DNA of 64,000 nucleotides from an uncultured Candidatus Saccharibacteria bacterium (GTDB taxonomy: Bacteria; Patescibacteriota; Minisyncoccia; Phycocordibacterales; JACNGX01): NCBI GenBank assembly GCA_964621395.1, contig CAZULS010000002.1, positions 170,252 to 234,251 of the forward strand, read 5' to 3'. A model generated the notes under the pieces. The model saw nothing but the letters and a program-made list of their open reading frames with translations, was not told the origin of the DNA and did not search any database. A program made the position numbers and the translations under genes. Shown here in pieces: positions 19,685 through 28,812 of the stretch. The stretch's first letter is position 1. Each line of letters begins with the position of its first letter.

Positions 19685-20710
19685 TTACGCAATAGAATAC
19701 CGCCCCTTCGTGTCGCGATTGAAGTATTTCGGATTCTGAAGGTTTACGATAATGGTATTGGGCTTCACGTAGCGTTCTTTCAAAACAAGATCGACGATTT
19801 CATCGCGTGTGAGCGGACCGTGCTTTTCAAGAAGCTGGCGAATCACATCGTGCACCACGCCCGGCATATATCCCCAATCGGTGAGTGCATACAGACCACG
19901 GCCAACAAGCACGAAACGGTCGTCCTTAATGAGCTCATTGTGGCACGTTGCCTTGTGTGCTTTGCGACCGAATGTCTCTTCGATGGCTTTTGCCACTTCA
20001 GAGAAGTGCATCGGATTGCCTTCGCGCCGAATAATCAAGTATGCGAGATCGCGAATGCTTTTGGCGCGCACGCTTGCTGATGCGGCCGGACCCCATTCAC
20101 CGAGAGGGTTCTTATCGATGGTTTTAGCAAGTTTGAGCCAGCGAAGGGCGTTGTCTTCATTTTTGTATTCATCAGCAACATCTTCAAGTGCGTCGAGGAA
20201 TTGTCCAACAAGCTCATTTTCAGGGACGAGTGCATCGCTATCAATTGAGGTGGCAATTTCGCGGAGTGCCCCTTCCACGCGACGAGCGATTTCCGCGTCC
20301 GTAATCCAGCGATGGCGGAATTCAGCATTTTCTTTTTCCTTCATGAAAGGATCACCCAAGACGAGGAAGAAGGTGATGTGATTTTGGACATTAGAATCAG
20401 ACGAGACATAGGAGAGAAGTTCATCTTCAGGCACGATGGCACCGAGCTTGGCAATAACCTCGCGAAGCTCCTCAAAAACCGGATTCGCTTTTTCAAAATG
20501 TTCCGACTTTCGGATAGCGGCAAGTGCGGCATTTTCAATCTGGCGAACACGCTCACGGGTGATGCCGTATTCCTGGCCGATTGCCTCAAGAGTGAGCCCT
20601 TTGTCAGACTCCAAACCAAAGCGCTTCACGACAACGTCGCGTGCACGATCGGAAATCCCCGAAAGGAGTTTCTTCGATATTGTCTTGGGATTAAATGAAA
20701 TGGTTTTCAT
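19685..20710 (-). CDS. sigma-70 region-4 (HTH) domain protein with unknown C-terminal domains
   Basis: At the N-terminus, ISKKLLSGISDRARDVVVKRFGLESDKGLTLEAIGQEYGITRERVRQIENAALAAIRK is a textbook sigma-70 region 4.2. The remaining 270 aa do not resemble regions 1-3 of a sigma factor. Confidence 0.65.
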   Translation of the reverse strand: MKTISFNPKTISKKLLSGISDRARDVVVKRFGLESDKGLTLEAIGQEYGITRERVRQIENAALAAIRKSEHFEKANPVFEELREVIAKLGAIVPEDELLSYVSSDSNVQNHITFFLVLGDPFMKEKENAEFRHRWITDAEIARRVEGALREIATSIDSDALVPENELVGQFLDALEDVADEYKNEDNALRWLKLAKTIDKNPLGEWGPAASASVRAKSIRDLAYLIIRREGNPMHFSEVAKAIEETFGRKAHKATCHNELIKDDRFVLVGRGLYALTDWGYMPGVVHDVIRQLLEKHGPLTRDEIVDLVLKERYVKPNTIIVNLQNPKYFNRDTKGRYSIA

Positions 20711-20824
20711 AAAGATATGATTAAATCTCGTCTGATAAATACTATCCAGAATGTCTATAATTGTCCCTCTAAGATAGCATACCCCCGAAACAGTGTCAAG
20801 CACTGTGTCAAGGGTAGGTGTTCT

Positions 20825-23800
20825 TTATGTCTTTATCACAATATTGACCAACTTTCCGGGAACCGTAATGACCTTGACAATCTCTTTGTTTTCAATGTGT
20901 TTTTGGATTTCGGGGAGTTTTTGTGCCTCCCTCTCAAGCTTATTTGGAGGTGTATCCGCACTCGTTTCAAACGTTCCTCGCACCTTGCCATTGACCTGGA
21001 CAACGATGGTAAGTGTCTCGTCGGCGAGCTTATTCTCATCATAGGAGGGCCATGGAATATCCACCACACTTCCCTCCTCTCCCAAATGCTCTCGAATCTC
21101 TTCAGCGCTATGAGGGCAAAATGGAGCAACGAGCGAGAGGAATGTGAGGTACGTTTCTTTGGAAAGTGTTGATTCTTCCTCAAGTGCATTGGCGAGAATC
21201 ATGAGGGCGGAAATTGCCGTATTGAAGCCAAAGATATCGATGTCTTCCCCCACCTTCTGTATTGTCTTGTGAAGGAGTGTTTCGGTTTTCTTTGGAAGCT
21301 CCGGCGCTTCGTCGGAAACCTTCTCAGCAAGTTTCCACACCCGCTCCACAAATCGTCGGGAGCCCATGATATTCTCCGTGCTCCACTGAGTGTCTTGATC
21401 AAATGCTCCCATAAACATCTCATACACGCGCAATGTATCAGCGCCGTATGTGTTGACGATATCATCAGGATTGATCACATTGCCAAATCGTTTACTCATC
21501 TTTCGGCCGTCTTCGCCGCCGATAAGACCCACGTGCTGGAGTCGGGCAAACGGCTCGCTCTCCGAGACCGCGCCAATATCATGAAGGAATTTATGCCAGA
21601 AACGCGCGTAGATCAAGTGCCGTGTGGCATGCTCGGCACCGCCCACATATGTGTCGACGGGTGACCAATACTTCTCCTTTTCCGGATCAACGAGCGCCGT
21701 GTCATTGTGCGGATCCATGAAGCGCAGATAATACCACGATGAGCCCGCCCACTGCGGCATGGTATTGGTTTCGCGCTTCGCCTTCCCGCCACACTTCGGG
21801 CAGGTGGTGTTGACCCATTCGACAATAGAGGCAAGCGGCGACTCTCCCGTGTCTGTCGGCTCATAGCTTTCAACCTCCGGCAATGTGAGCGGTAATTCAC
21901 TCTCGGGAATTGCCACAGCGCCACACTCTTCACAATGCACGATTGGAATCGGTTCACCCCAGTATCGCTGACGCGAAAAAACCCAGTCGCGGAGCTTGTA
22001 TGTTGTCTTGGAACGACCAACACCTTTCTCTTCCAGCCACGTGGTGATGGCAACGCGTGCCTCCGCCGATGTCATATGCGAGAATTCTCCGGCATCAACG
22101 ACCCAGCCATCGCTCGTAAAAGGAATGCGTCCATCTTTGCGTCTCTCCCATATCGGGAACTCAGCGCAGGCAAGATTCTCTCGCTTCCCTATCTCTTCCC
22201 ACGAAAGCCATGTAGGTGTGTGTTGCGCACGCTCTTCCTCATCCACCTCTTCTTGTGTGTCGTCGACGAGGGTGAAAAGCATGGCGTGCACAAACGCCAA
22301 GCGATTTTCATCCTTGTGTGCTGCAAAGAATTGATTGCGCACCGCTGATCCAAGCGAACGGACAAACTCAATATTGGTGTATCCTGTCTCTTCAATAATC
22401 TCTCTTCGTGCAGCCTCCGGCAAATCTTCCCCTTCATCAACGCCGCCGGTGATAAATGTCGTCCAATTTTGTTTTGGCCACTCCAGGCATAAATACTTGT
22501 CTGTCTTGGGATCATGAACAATGCCATGAATCATCGTACGAGCGACTGTCTCCTTTCCTTCACGAGGAGGGTTTTTCACATCGACAATATCAGGAATAAC
22601 GACATCATTGATTGGGAGGTTGTATTTTTTTGCAAAAGCAAAGTCGCGTTCATCATGTGAGGGCACTGCCATGACCGCACCGCTTCCATAATCACCAAGC
22701 ACATAATCGCCGACGAATACGGGAATATGCTCGCCGTTCGCCGGATTGATTGCTTCAATTCCTTCAATCTTCACACCGGTCTTTTCTTTCCCTTCCGCCG
22801 TGCGTTCGATTTCCGTTTTCTTTCTCGCTGTAGCGACGTAGTCGCGTATGTCGTCGTAATTCGTAATTCTTGATTCATTATTCTCAATCAGTGGATGCTC
22901 CGGCGCTACCACCGCATACGTGCATCCAAAAAGCGTGTCAGCCCGCGTGGTGAAGACGGTGAGACTGTCTGTCACTTCTCTCAGTATCTCTGGAACTTCT
23001 GGAGTCTTTTTTCCGAAATGTCCTTTATCTTCAAAAGTACAAAGTCGTGCATCAAGACCTCTTGCGTTCTCTTCTCCCGCAGAAAAAGGAACCCACTCAT
23101 CATCTTTAGAGTGAATGACGATAAATTCATTGCAGTGTTTTTTGATTTTTGAAAAATCATATCCTGTCTCCGAGAAAAATCCCTTTGATGATTTTTCTGC
23201 TTTTCCGGAATTTGTACTTACGAGTACGACTTTTGCGATTTGTTCTGAATCTTTAAGTTGCTCAAGGTACCGCATAACTGCCACGCCTCCTCGAGAGTGT
23301 CCGACGAGGATGGTGTTTGAGTCTAGTTTTAGGCTGTCTAAAACATCCAGCCATTCTTTGATATCGGGGTCTTCTGGAGACGGAAGCTCGGGAATTTCCA
23401 CCATATAGCCAAGGGACTCTAATTCTTGCGAAATCCACGGATACCATTTCTCTTTCGGAGACGTGTCTTTTCCATGCATGATAATGACACGTCTTTTTTC
23501 TTCAGAAACAATCGGAAAGTCAATTTCTGTTCCCACGCTCTTGCCGATCCAATTACGCTGGGATTCTTTAATTGATTCCGGCCAATCGAGACCTTCCAAA
23601 TCTTCGAGAAGACGGTCAGCATAATCGGTAATGCGAAGTACCCATTGGCGCATTGATTTCTTCTCGGTTTCCGTGCCGCAACGTTCACACATCGTGCCTT
23701 CGAGGTCTTCATTTGCAAGCCCTGTCTTGCACGAAGGACACCAGTTGATCGGCTCATCTGATTCATATGCGAGCCCTTTCTCAAACATTTTCAGAAATGC

Positions 23801-24238
23801 CCATTGTGTCCATTTGTAATACGCTGGATTGGTGGTGTTGATTTCACGTTCCCAATCATAGGAGAGGCCGATGATGGAGAGTTGCTTTTTATATCGCGCG
23901 ACATTCTCTTTCGTACACACTGCCGGATGGGTTTTGGTTTTCAGTGCGTAGTTTTCAGCGGGCAAGCCGAAAGCATCCCATCCCATCGGATGAAGCACAC
24001 TATATCCTTCCATTCTTTTTTTACGTGCGATTACATCGGTGGCAATATAGCCCTTCGGATGACCCACGTGAAGTCCTTGACCCGACGGATACGGAAACAT
24101 ATCCAAAATGTATGCCTTCTTGGGATTTGTGAGACTCTCGGGCGTACGATACACACCCTCCTCTGCCCATTTTTTCTGCCACTTCTTCTCAATGGATACG
24201 TGATCGTATTTCATAGGATTTGTGCACAAGCTGTACAA
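20825..24238 (-). CDS. leuS: leucyl-tRNA synthetase with inserted alpha/beta serine-hydrolase and Nudix hydrolase domains
   Basis: 1137 aa. HMGH (HVGHPKGY), KMSKS (KMSKRFGN), the LeuRS CP1 editing motifs TTRADT and GSGAVMAVPSHDERD, and the anticodon-binding domain. A hydrolase with GHSRGG is inserted at about 22970-23500. A perfect Nudix box GGVDEGEDLPEAARREIIEETGY is inserted at about 22124-22597. Confidence 0.9.
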   Translation of the reverse strand: MYSLCTNPMKYDHVSIEKKWQKKWAEEGVYRTPESLTNPKKAYILDMFPYPSGQGLHVGHPKGYIATDVIARKKRMEGYSVLHPMGWDAFGLPAENYALKTKTHPAVCTKENVARYKKQLSIIGLSYDWEREINTTNPAYYKWTQWAFLKMFEKGLAYESDEPINWCPSCKTGLANEDLEGTMCERCGTETEKKSMRQWVLRITDYADRLLEDLEGLDWPESIKESQRNWIGKSVGTEIDFPIVSEEKRRVIIMHGKDTSPKEKWYPWISQELESLGYMVEIPELPSPEDPDIKEWLDVLDSLKLDSNTILVGHSRGGVAVMRYLEQLKDSEQIAKVVLVSTNSGKAEKSSKGFFSETGYDFSKIKKHCNEFIVIHSKDDEWVPFSAGEENARGLDARLCTFEDKGHFGKKTPEVPEILREVTDSLTVFTTRADTLFGCTYAVVAPEHPLIENNESRITNYDDIRDYVATARKKTEIERTAEGKEKTGVKIEGIEAINPANGEHIPVFVGDYVLGDYGSGAVMAVPSHDERDFAFAKKYNLPINDVVIPDIVDVKNPPREGKETVARTMIHGIVHDPKTDKYLCLEWPKQNWTTFITGGVDEGEDLPEAARREIIEETGYTNIEFVRSLGSAVRNQFFAAHKDENRLAFVHAMLFTLVDDTQEEVDEEERAQHTPTWLSWEEIGKRENLACAEFPIWERRKDGRIPFTSDGWVVDAGEFSHMTSAEARVAITTWLEEKGVGRSKTTYKLRDWVFSRQRYWGEPIPIVHCEECGAVAIPESELPLTLPEVESYEPTDTGESPLASIVEWVNTTCPKCGGKAKRETNTMPQWAGSSWYYLRFMDPHNDTALVDPEKEKYWSPVDTYVGGAEHATRHLIYARFWHKFLHDIGAVSESEPFARLQHVGLIGGEDGRKMSKRFGNVINPDDIVNTYGADTLRVYEMFMGAFDQDTQWSTENIMGSRRFVERVWKLAEKVSDEAPELPKKTETLLHKTIQKVGEDIDIFGFNTAISALMILANALEEESTLSKETYLTFLSLVAPFCPHSAEEIREHLGEEGSVVDIPWPSYDENKLADETLTIVVQVNGKVRGTFETSADTPPNKLEREAQKLPEIQKHIENKEIVKVITVPGKLVNIVIKT

Positions 24239-24310
24239 ACAGTATGAATGATTGTATCAGAGATTTTGTGAAAATAAAAGCACAGATATATCGAAGCACG
24301 TAGCACGAGT

Positions 24311-24364
24311 CGCGCGCCAAAGTTAAGCTTTGGCAATTCTGCCAAAGCTTAACTTTGGCGCGCG
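24311..24364. repeat. family-3 palindromic element, copy 2
   Basis: cgcgcgccaaagttaagctttggcaattctgccaaagcttaactttggcgcgcg. Near-identical to 122-173. Confidence 0.7.
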
Positions 24365-24369
24365 GCTTT

Positions 24370-24535
24370 TCCATCCGCCCGTCATTCCGCACCACCACTC
24401 CACATGTCATCCCGCACTTGATGCGGGATCTACATGTTATGAAACAACTCTTTCGAGATCCCGCATCACCCACGCCCCAGTTTTCAAGAAAAAGGAAAAC
24501 TGAGCGGGGCAAGCGTGCGGGATGACATGGAAAGA
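24370..24535. repeat. cluster of family-1 REP-like palindromes (gtcatcccgcacttgatgcgggatc and variants)
   Basis: At least three units in 165 bp upstream of the leuS start. Confidence 0.6.
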
Positions 24536-24622
24536 AAAAGTGAACAGAAAAACAGCGCGACGCCGAAGGTGCCGCGCTGTTTTTTATACATATTTCATAT
24601 TTCGTTTTTCATATTTCTAATC

Positions 24623-25258
24623 TCATTCTCTAAACTTCCGTATGCCGATAATAATAAGCGCAATCAAGGCAATACCGAGGACGATGACGCGGATATATTC
24701 ATCCATGTCCGACCAATAGCCGATTGAACCGATAATGAGCGCCAAGACACCGCCCAAGGAGAATCCATGCATAATGGCACCAAGACCCGGAATAAGCACC
24801 GCTATAAGGATGAGAATAATACCGAAAGCAATCCATGCAATGAAGACATTGCGTTCATAGAGCTCGCGTGCATCATCGTATGCTCCACGACACGTATAAT
24901 CGGTGTCGCAGTATCCTTCCTGCTCTTGTTCAATAATCGGAATCTCCACTCCTTCGCCAGGTACGGTGCGCTGGATATATTTGTCTTCATACCATTTTCC
25001 TCCCACTTCCTCGCAATCCTCCTGGTTTTCGGGAATAATCTTCACCTGTTTTTCTTCGCAGAAGTCATTATATTCCGGCGACGGATAGGCAAGTTGCACA
25101 ACCGACGCGAAAAAGATATTCACAACGACGATAATAGCCAAAATAAGGGCCCATTTAAGAACAGCCGAAAGAGGTTTCTTCGGTTTCTTTGAGGGAGCCG
25201 CTGAGGAAGAAGTCGGCACTTGCTCTCCCTCAGTGTGTGTTTGTGTGTATTGTTCCAT
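24623..25258 (-). CDS. hypothetical membrane protein
   Basis: 211 aa. One TM helix near the N-terminus, a Cys/Glu-rich extracytoplasmic segment and 3 C-terminal TM helices. Confidence 0.5.
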   Translation of the reverse strand: MEQYTQTHTEGEQVPTSSSAAPSKKPKKPLSAVLKWALILAIIVVVNIFFASVVQLAYPSPEYNDFCEEKQVKIIPENQEDCEEVGGKWYEDKYIQRTVPGEGVEIPIIEQEQEGYCDTDYTCRGAYDDARELYERNVFIAWIAFGIILILIAVLIPGLGAIMHGFSLGGVLALIIGSIGYWSDMDEYIRVIVLGIALIALIIIGIRKFRE

Positions 25259-25376
25259 ATGAATATTATTGTATGCCCCTTAGCCATTTTCGACAAGGTA
25301 TTGACAAAATGGTTCAGATGTGTATAATTGTAGACAAGATGTTCCCTAAGTAAGACTAAACTAAAAAAAGCAAAAG

Positions 25377-25541
25377 GAGTGAGAAAATGAAATACGTATT
25401 CAGCATATTGGCTGGATGCTCCATTGGACTTAGTGTCTTTGGTGGAGTTGACGCATCGCTCGCGAGTGGTGTTCTGGCAATGGGAGTCGCTAGTTGTCTT
25501 ATGACAATTAGCGTCATCATTGACGATGCTGTCGAAAAGCT
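25377..25541 (+). CDS. small hypothetical membrane protein (54 aa)
   Basis: RBS AAAGGAGTGAG 7 nt before the ATG. MKYVFSILAGCSIGLSVFGG... is hydrophobic. It is shorter than the ORF-track cutoff. Confidence 0.4.
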
Positions 25542-25831
25542 GAAAAAGTAAAGAGGAGGGGGAGGGTCAAGAATCTGCTCTCAGCCCTTGAAACGGCGTC
25601 TTCTTACAGGCGCCGTTAGTTTTTAGATAGCCGGTATTACGTCCAGCTTTTTCTTCTGTCTCGCAAATGACGGTGTACACTAGTATGCTGTCATCCCGCA
25701 CTTGATGCGGGATCCAGGCAGAAACAAAGTGGTTCATAAACTCTGGATTCCGGCTCGGGGGCCGGAATGACAAAATATTATGGAGATTCTGAAAGACAAC
25801 GTTGGGATAACGTTGTCCCAACGTTGTCTGG

Positions 25832-25868
25832 AAAAAGCGCGGCGACCGAAGGTCGCCGCGCTTTTTAG
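25832..25868. terminator. bidirectional Rho-independent terminator (aaaaagcgcggcgacc gaag ggtcgccgcgcttttt)
   Basis: A perfect 11-bp GC stem flanked by an A5 run and a T5 run. It is downstream of the minus-strand ychF. Confidence 0.7.
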
Positions 25869-25930
25869 TTTATCGTTTACCGTTATTCGTTTTATTATTT
25901 TTAACGTTTAACATTTAATCTCCTATTCTC

Positions 25931-27031
25931 CTAGATCTTAAACTCCACCACATCCCCGTCCTTCACCACATACTCCTTCCCTTCTGTGCGCAGGAGACCT
26001 TTCTCACGAGCAGCTGCATATGAACCGCTTTCAAGAAGTGTGTCGGAGTGGATCACTTCAGCGCGGATGAATCTATCACGAAAATCGCTGTGGATGGCGG
26101 CACCCGCTTCCGGTGCGGTGGAATGATAGCTCACCGTCCATGCGCGTGTCTCGTCGGCTCCTGTGGTGAAATATGTCATAAGACCAAGGAGTGCATATGC
26201 TCCGCGAATTAAATCATTGACCCCGTCGTCGCTTCCCGCTCCCAGCTCTTCACGAAACATGCTCTTCTCCTCCCCTTCCAAACTTGAAAGTTCATGCTCA
26301 ATACCGGCGTCGACAATCACATGCTGAGCGCCATTATCGGTAAGAAATTGCATCAGTGCTTCATATCGTGGATCTTCGGGTGTGTCGGAGAGATTGGTTG
26401 CGCCCGCTTTCGTATTGAGCACATAGAGCATCGGTTTTGCGGAAATAAAATTAAGATGTTTGACCGCCTCACGATCTTCCTTTGAAAGATCGATAATTGC
26501 CGCACGTTTTCCGGCATCAAATCCTTCCAGAAGTTTTTTGATTGCTTGCTCTTCGAGCTGGGCACTTTTGTCGCCACGTTTGAGTTCACTTGCAAGGCTA
26601 CCGAGACGCTTTTCCGCGCTTGCCATGTCAGCGAGAATAAGCTCCATGTTGATGGTTTCGATATCGCGCACCGGATTAATGGAACCATCGACATGAGTGA
26701 CATTGCCATCCTCAAACATACGCACCACATGCGCAATAGCGTTCACCTCGCGGATATGTGAGAGGAATTGATTGCCCAAACCCTCCCCTTCTGCCGCACC
26801 TTTCACAAGTCCTGCGATATCCACGAATTCAATCGCGGCAGGAATGGTTTTTGCTGATTGCGAGAACAGAGAGAGTTTCCCCAAGCGTTCGTCAGGCACA
26901 GCAACAACACCGACCGACGGATCGATGGTACAAAACGGAAAATTCTCCGCAGGAACGGATTTTTTCGTGAGCGCATTAAAGAGTGTTGACTTACCAACAT
27001 TCGGCAGTCCGACGATTCCGATAGAGAGCAT
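25931..27031 (-). CDS. ychF: ribosome-binding ATPase YchF (Obg-family GTPase)
   Basis: G1 is GLPNVGKSTLFNALT. The C-terminal TGS domain is present (EGKEYVVKDGDVVEFKI). Confidence 0.9.
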   Translation of the reverse strand: MLSIGIVGLPNVGKSTLFNALTKKSVPAENFPFCTIDPSVGVVAVPDERLGKLSLFSQSAKTIPAAIEFVDIAGLVKGAAEGEGLGNQFLSHIREVNAIAHVVRMFEDGNVTHVDGSINPVRDIETINMELILADMASAEKRLGSLASELKRGDKSAQLEEQAIKKLLEGFDAGKRAAIIDLSKEDREAVKHLNFISAKPMLYVLNTKAGATNLSDTPEDPRYEALMQFLTDNGAQHVIVDAGIEHELSSLEGEEKSMFREELGAGSDDGVNDLIRGAYALLGLMTYFTTGADETRAWTVSYHSTAPEAGAAIHSDFRDRFIRAEVIHSDTLLESGSYAAAREKGLLRTEGKEYVVKDGDVVEFKI

Positions 27032-27065
27032 AAAAACGAATTACGAATACATACGAATATACGAA

Positions 27066-27530
27066 TTACGAATGGCCAACCTGCCTTTCACGACCTCTTC
27101 GTATTTGAGCTATACATTCATCTTTGAGGATACCTGTTTCGATATGGATAGGATGCGAAGTATGTTTTTGTACATCAAAAACAGTAATGTATGGATTCAT
27201 ATGCTTCTCGCTCGGTGCGCCGAAATAAAACTGAGTGATCCCCGCTTTAACCGCCGCTGACATACACATAGAACACGATTCTGCGTTACTGAAAAGAAGA
27301 CATCCTTTCAAATCTCTTGTTCCCAATTTCTTACCCGCCTTACGAAGAGCGTTGATTTCGGCGTGTGCAGTGGGGTCATTGTGTGTCTTTGTCGTGTTAT
27401 ATGCGGCGACGATAATGGTTCCGTGCATGTCAGCAATAATTGCTCCAAATGGTGCACTGCTTTCTTGTATACCTTTCTCTGCCTCTTTCATTGTACGGCG
27501 AATCAGTTTTTCTTTCTCAGTATCTTTCAT
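27066..27530 (-). CDS. CDA-fold nucleoside/tRNA adenosine deaminase family protein
   Basis: Zinc-binding HAE (HAEINALR) and C..C (CSMCMSAAVKAG) motifs of the cytidine/deoxycytidylate deaminase superfamily, TadA/guanine-deaminase-like. Confidence 0.75.
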   Translation of the reverse strand: MKDTEKEKLIRRTMKEAEKGIQESSAPFGAIIADMHGTIIVAAYNTTKTHNDPTAHAEINALRKAGKKLGTRDLKGCLLFSNAESCSMCMSAAVKAGITQFYFGAPSEKHMNPYITVFDVQKHTSHPIHIETGILKDECIAQIRRGRERQVGHS

Positions 27531-27533
27531 AAT

Positions 27534-27692
27534 TTAAGGAGTATCTTCAGTATATAATTCCACCGCTTCTTTTAGTGCGGACATTGCCTCTTTCCGAGAG
27601 TTGCCGAAACTTGAAACGCCGGTGTCAGGATTGAGCGCAACAAACATTTCTCCTTCTTTCCATATGCGACTTTTAATTGGTGTCGAGTTCAT
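27534..27692 (-). CDS. HicB-like / UPF0150-family small protein (52 aa)
   Basis: Translation MNSTPIKSRIWKEGEMFVALNPDTGVSSFGNSRKEAMSALKEAVELYTEDTP resembles HicB/UPF0150 antitoxin N-domains. The start is 4 nt after the upstream gene's stop. It is below the ORF-track cutoff. Confidence 0.45.
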   Translation of the reverse strand: MNSTPIKSRIWKEGEMFVALNPDTGVSSFGNSRKEAMSALKEAVELYTEDTP

Positions 27693-27695
27693 AGT

Positions 27696-28388
27696 CTACG
27701 CCACCTGTGCAAAAATGACAACGTAATTTTTTCCGAATGTTTTGGCGCATTTCGGACATGCGGTATAGTAGAAATACATCTTTTTGAGTTCCTTGTTCTG
27801 CGAGCCGACATATTCTTCCATCTCCTGTATCCATTGACGCATATTGCTGTACGGTCCTTCAAATACTTTTGTGAGGAAGGTTCCCGACATGCTCGCCATC
27901 TCACATCCGGGCACCTCGCGATCTACTTCCAGATATGCGTCGGCGCCCCAGAGGGATGTTTCGTCTGAGAGCATGATACCGTTTTCAGGGTATGCTTCAG
28001 CGGCTTCCACCTTTGTGTGCATGCGACCCATAACACTTCCGAAATTAAGCGGCATGTGAAGAAAAGAACGAATATGGTCTTTCACAAAAAGCTTGTTGTC
28101 CCACATAAACTCCTTCCCATCAAAATCTTCCGGATTGATGAGTGCACAGCATCCCGTTTGCGCATTGTCGTAATCGGAGCCAGTCTCACTGAAAATCGCG
28201 CAGGAAGAAAAAAATGTGTTAAAGAGCTGCGCTTGGCAGTTCTCGCACCTACATTGCGGCTGCACCTTGCCGCTCGACTGTGCCGCACAAGAGTGCGGCA
28301 CAGTCTCCGCAACTACGGTTCGCACGCAATCTATGCGCGAGAACAAGCCATTTTCAGTGAGACTGGCTCCGGTTTCTGATAGTTTCAT
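27696..28388 (-). CDS. hypothetical Cys-rich protein (putative Zn-ribbon pairs)
   Basis: 230 aa. CRCENC near the N-terminus and CPKC near the C-terminus. No family recognised. Confidence 0.5.
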   Translation of the reverse strand: MKLSETGASLTENGLFSRIDCVRTVVAETVPHSCAAQSSGKVQPQCRCENCQAQLFNTFFSSCAIFSETGSDYDNAQTGCCALINPEDFDGKEFMWDNKLFVKDHIRSFLHMPLNFGSVMGRMHTKVEAAEAYPENGIMLSDETSLWGADAYLEVDREVPGCEMASMSGTFLTKVFEGPYSNMRQWIQEMEEYVGSQNKELKKMYFYYTACPKCAKTFGKNYVVIFAQVA

Positions 28389-28472
28389 ATAGATAACGAT
28401 AAACTATAAATAAATAAACGATAAAAAGTCATCGAGTATGATCATCATCATTCGACATCAAGCAACTAGCTA

Positions 28473-28712
28473 CTAGCGTCTAGGTTGTCCCATTGCGCGC
28501 TGGAGTTCTTCCTTGTATTTCGGCATCACGGCAAATGTTGCCGCCATCTGATCTTTCCCCTTTTTCATTTCCGCCTTGATATCAGCGGAGATTTTCTGGA
28601 AAAGCTCAGGATTCTTTTCCACGGCAGTGAGAATGGCATCCTGCTGATCCTGTGGCATCCCTTTCATTTGGGAACCAATCATCTTCTTCATGAGCATTGA
28701 TTTGAGTGACAT
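28473..28712 (-). CDS. hypothetical small helical protein
   Basis: 79 aa, K/E/M-rich. No family recognised. Confidence 0.35.
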   Translation of the reverse strand: MSLKSMLMKKMIGSQMKGMPQDQQDAILTAVEKNPELFQKISADIKAEMKKGKDQMAATFAVMPKYKEELQRAMGQPRR

Positions 28713-28812
28713 AGGTGTAAAATAAAATAAATGAAAAAATATTATACCACACTTTTTTCAATTTTTTAAAGCCGGACTTTGTTTTTGGTGAAATTATGTG
28801 GTGTTATCCGTA

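Noticed and set aside
21613-22053. Several 60-150-aa ORFs on both strands inside 20825-24238
   Set aside because: All fall inside the leuS frame, which is continuous and carries every LeuRS motif. They are alternative-frame artefacts.
22855-22885. aattacgaattacga inside leuS (encoding ITNYDD), resembling the intergenic TACGAAT arrays
   Set aside because: A single short in-frame occurrence. It could be coincidence, and I could not show it is an insertion relative to other LeuRS sequences without an alignment.
24189-24512. 107-aa ORF
   Set aside because: Composed almost entirely of family-1 and family-3 palindromic repeats upstream of leuS.
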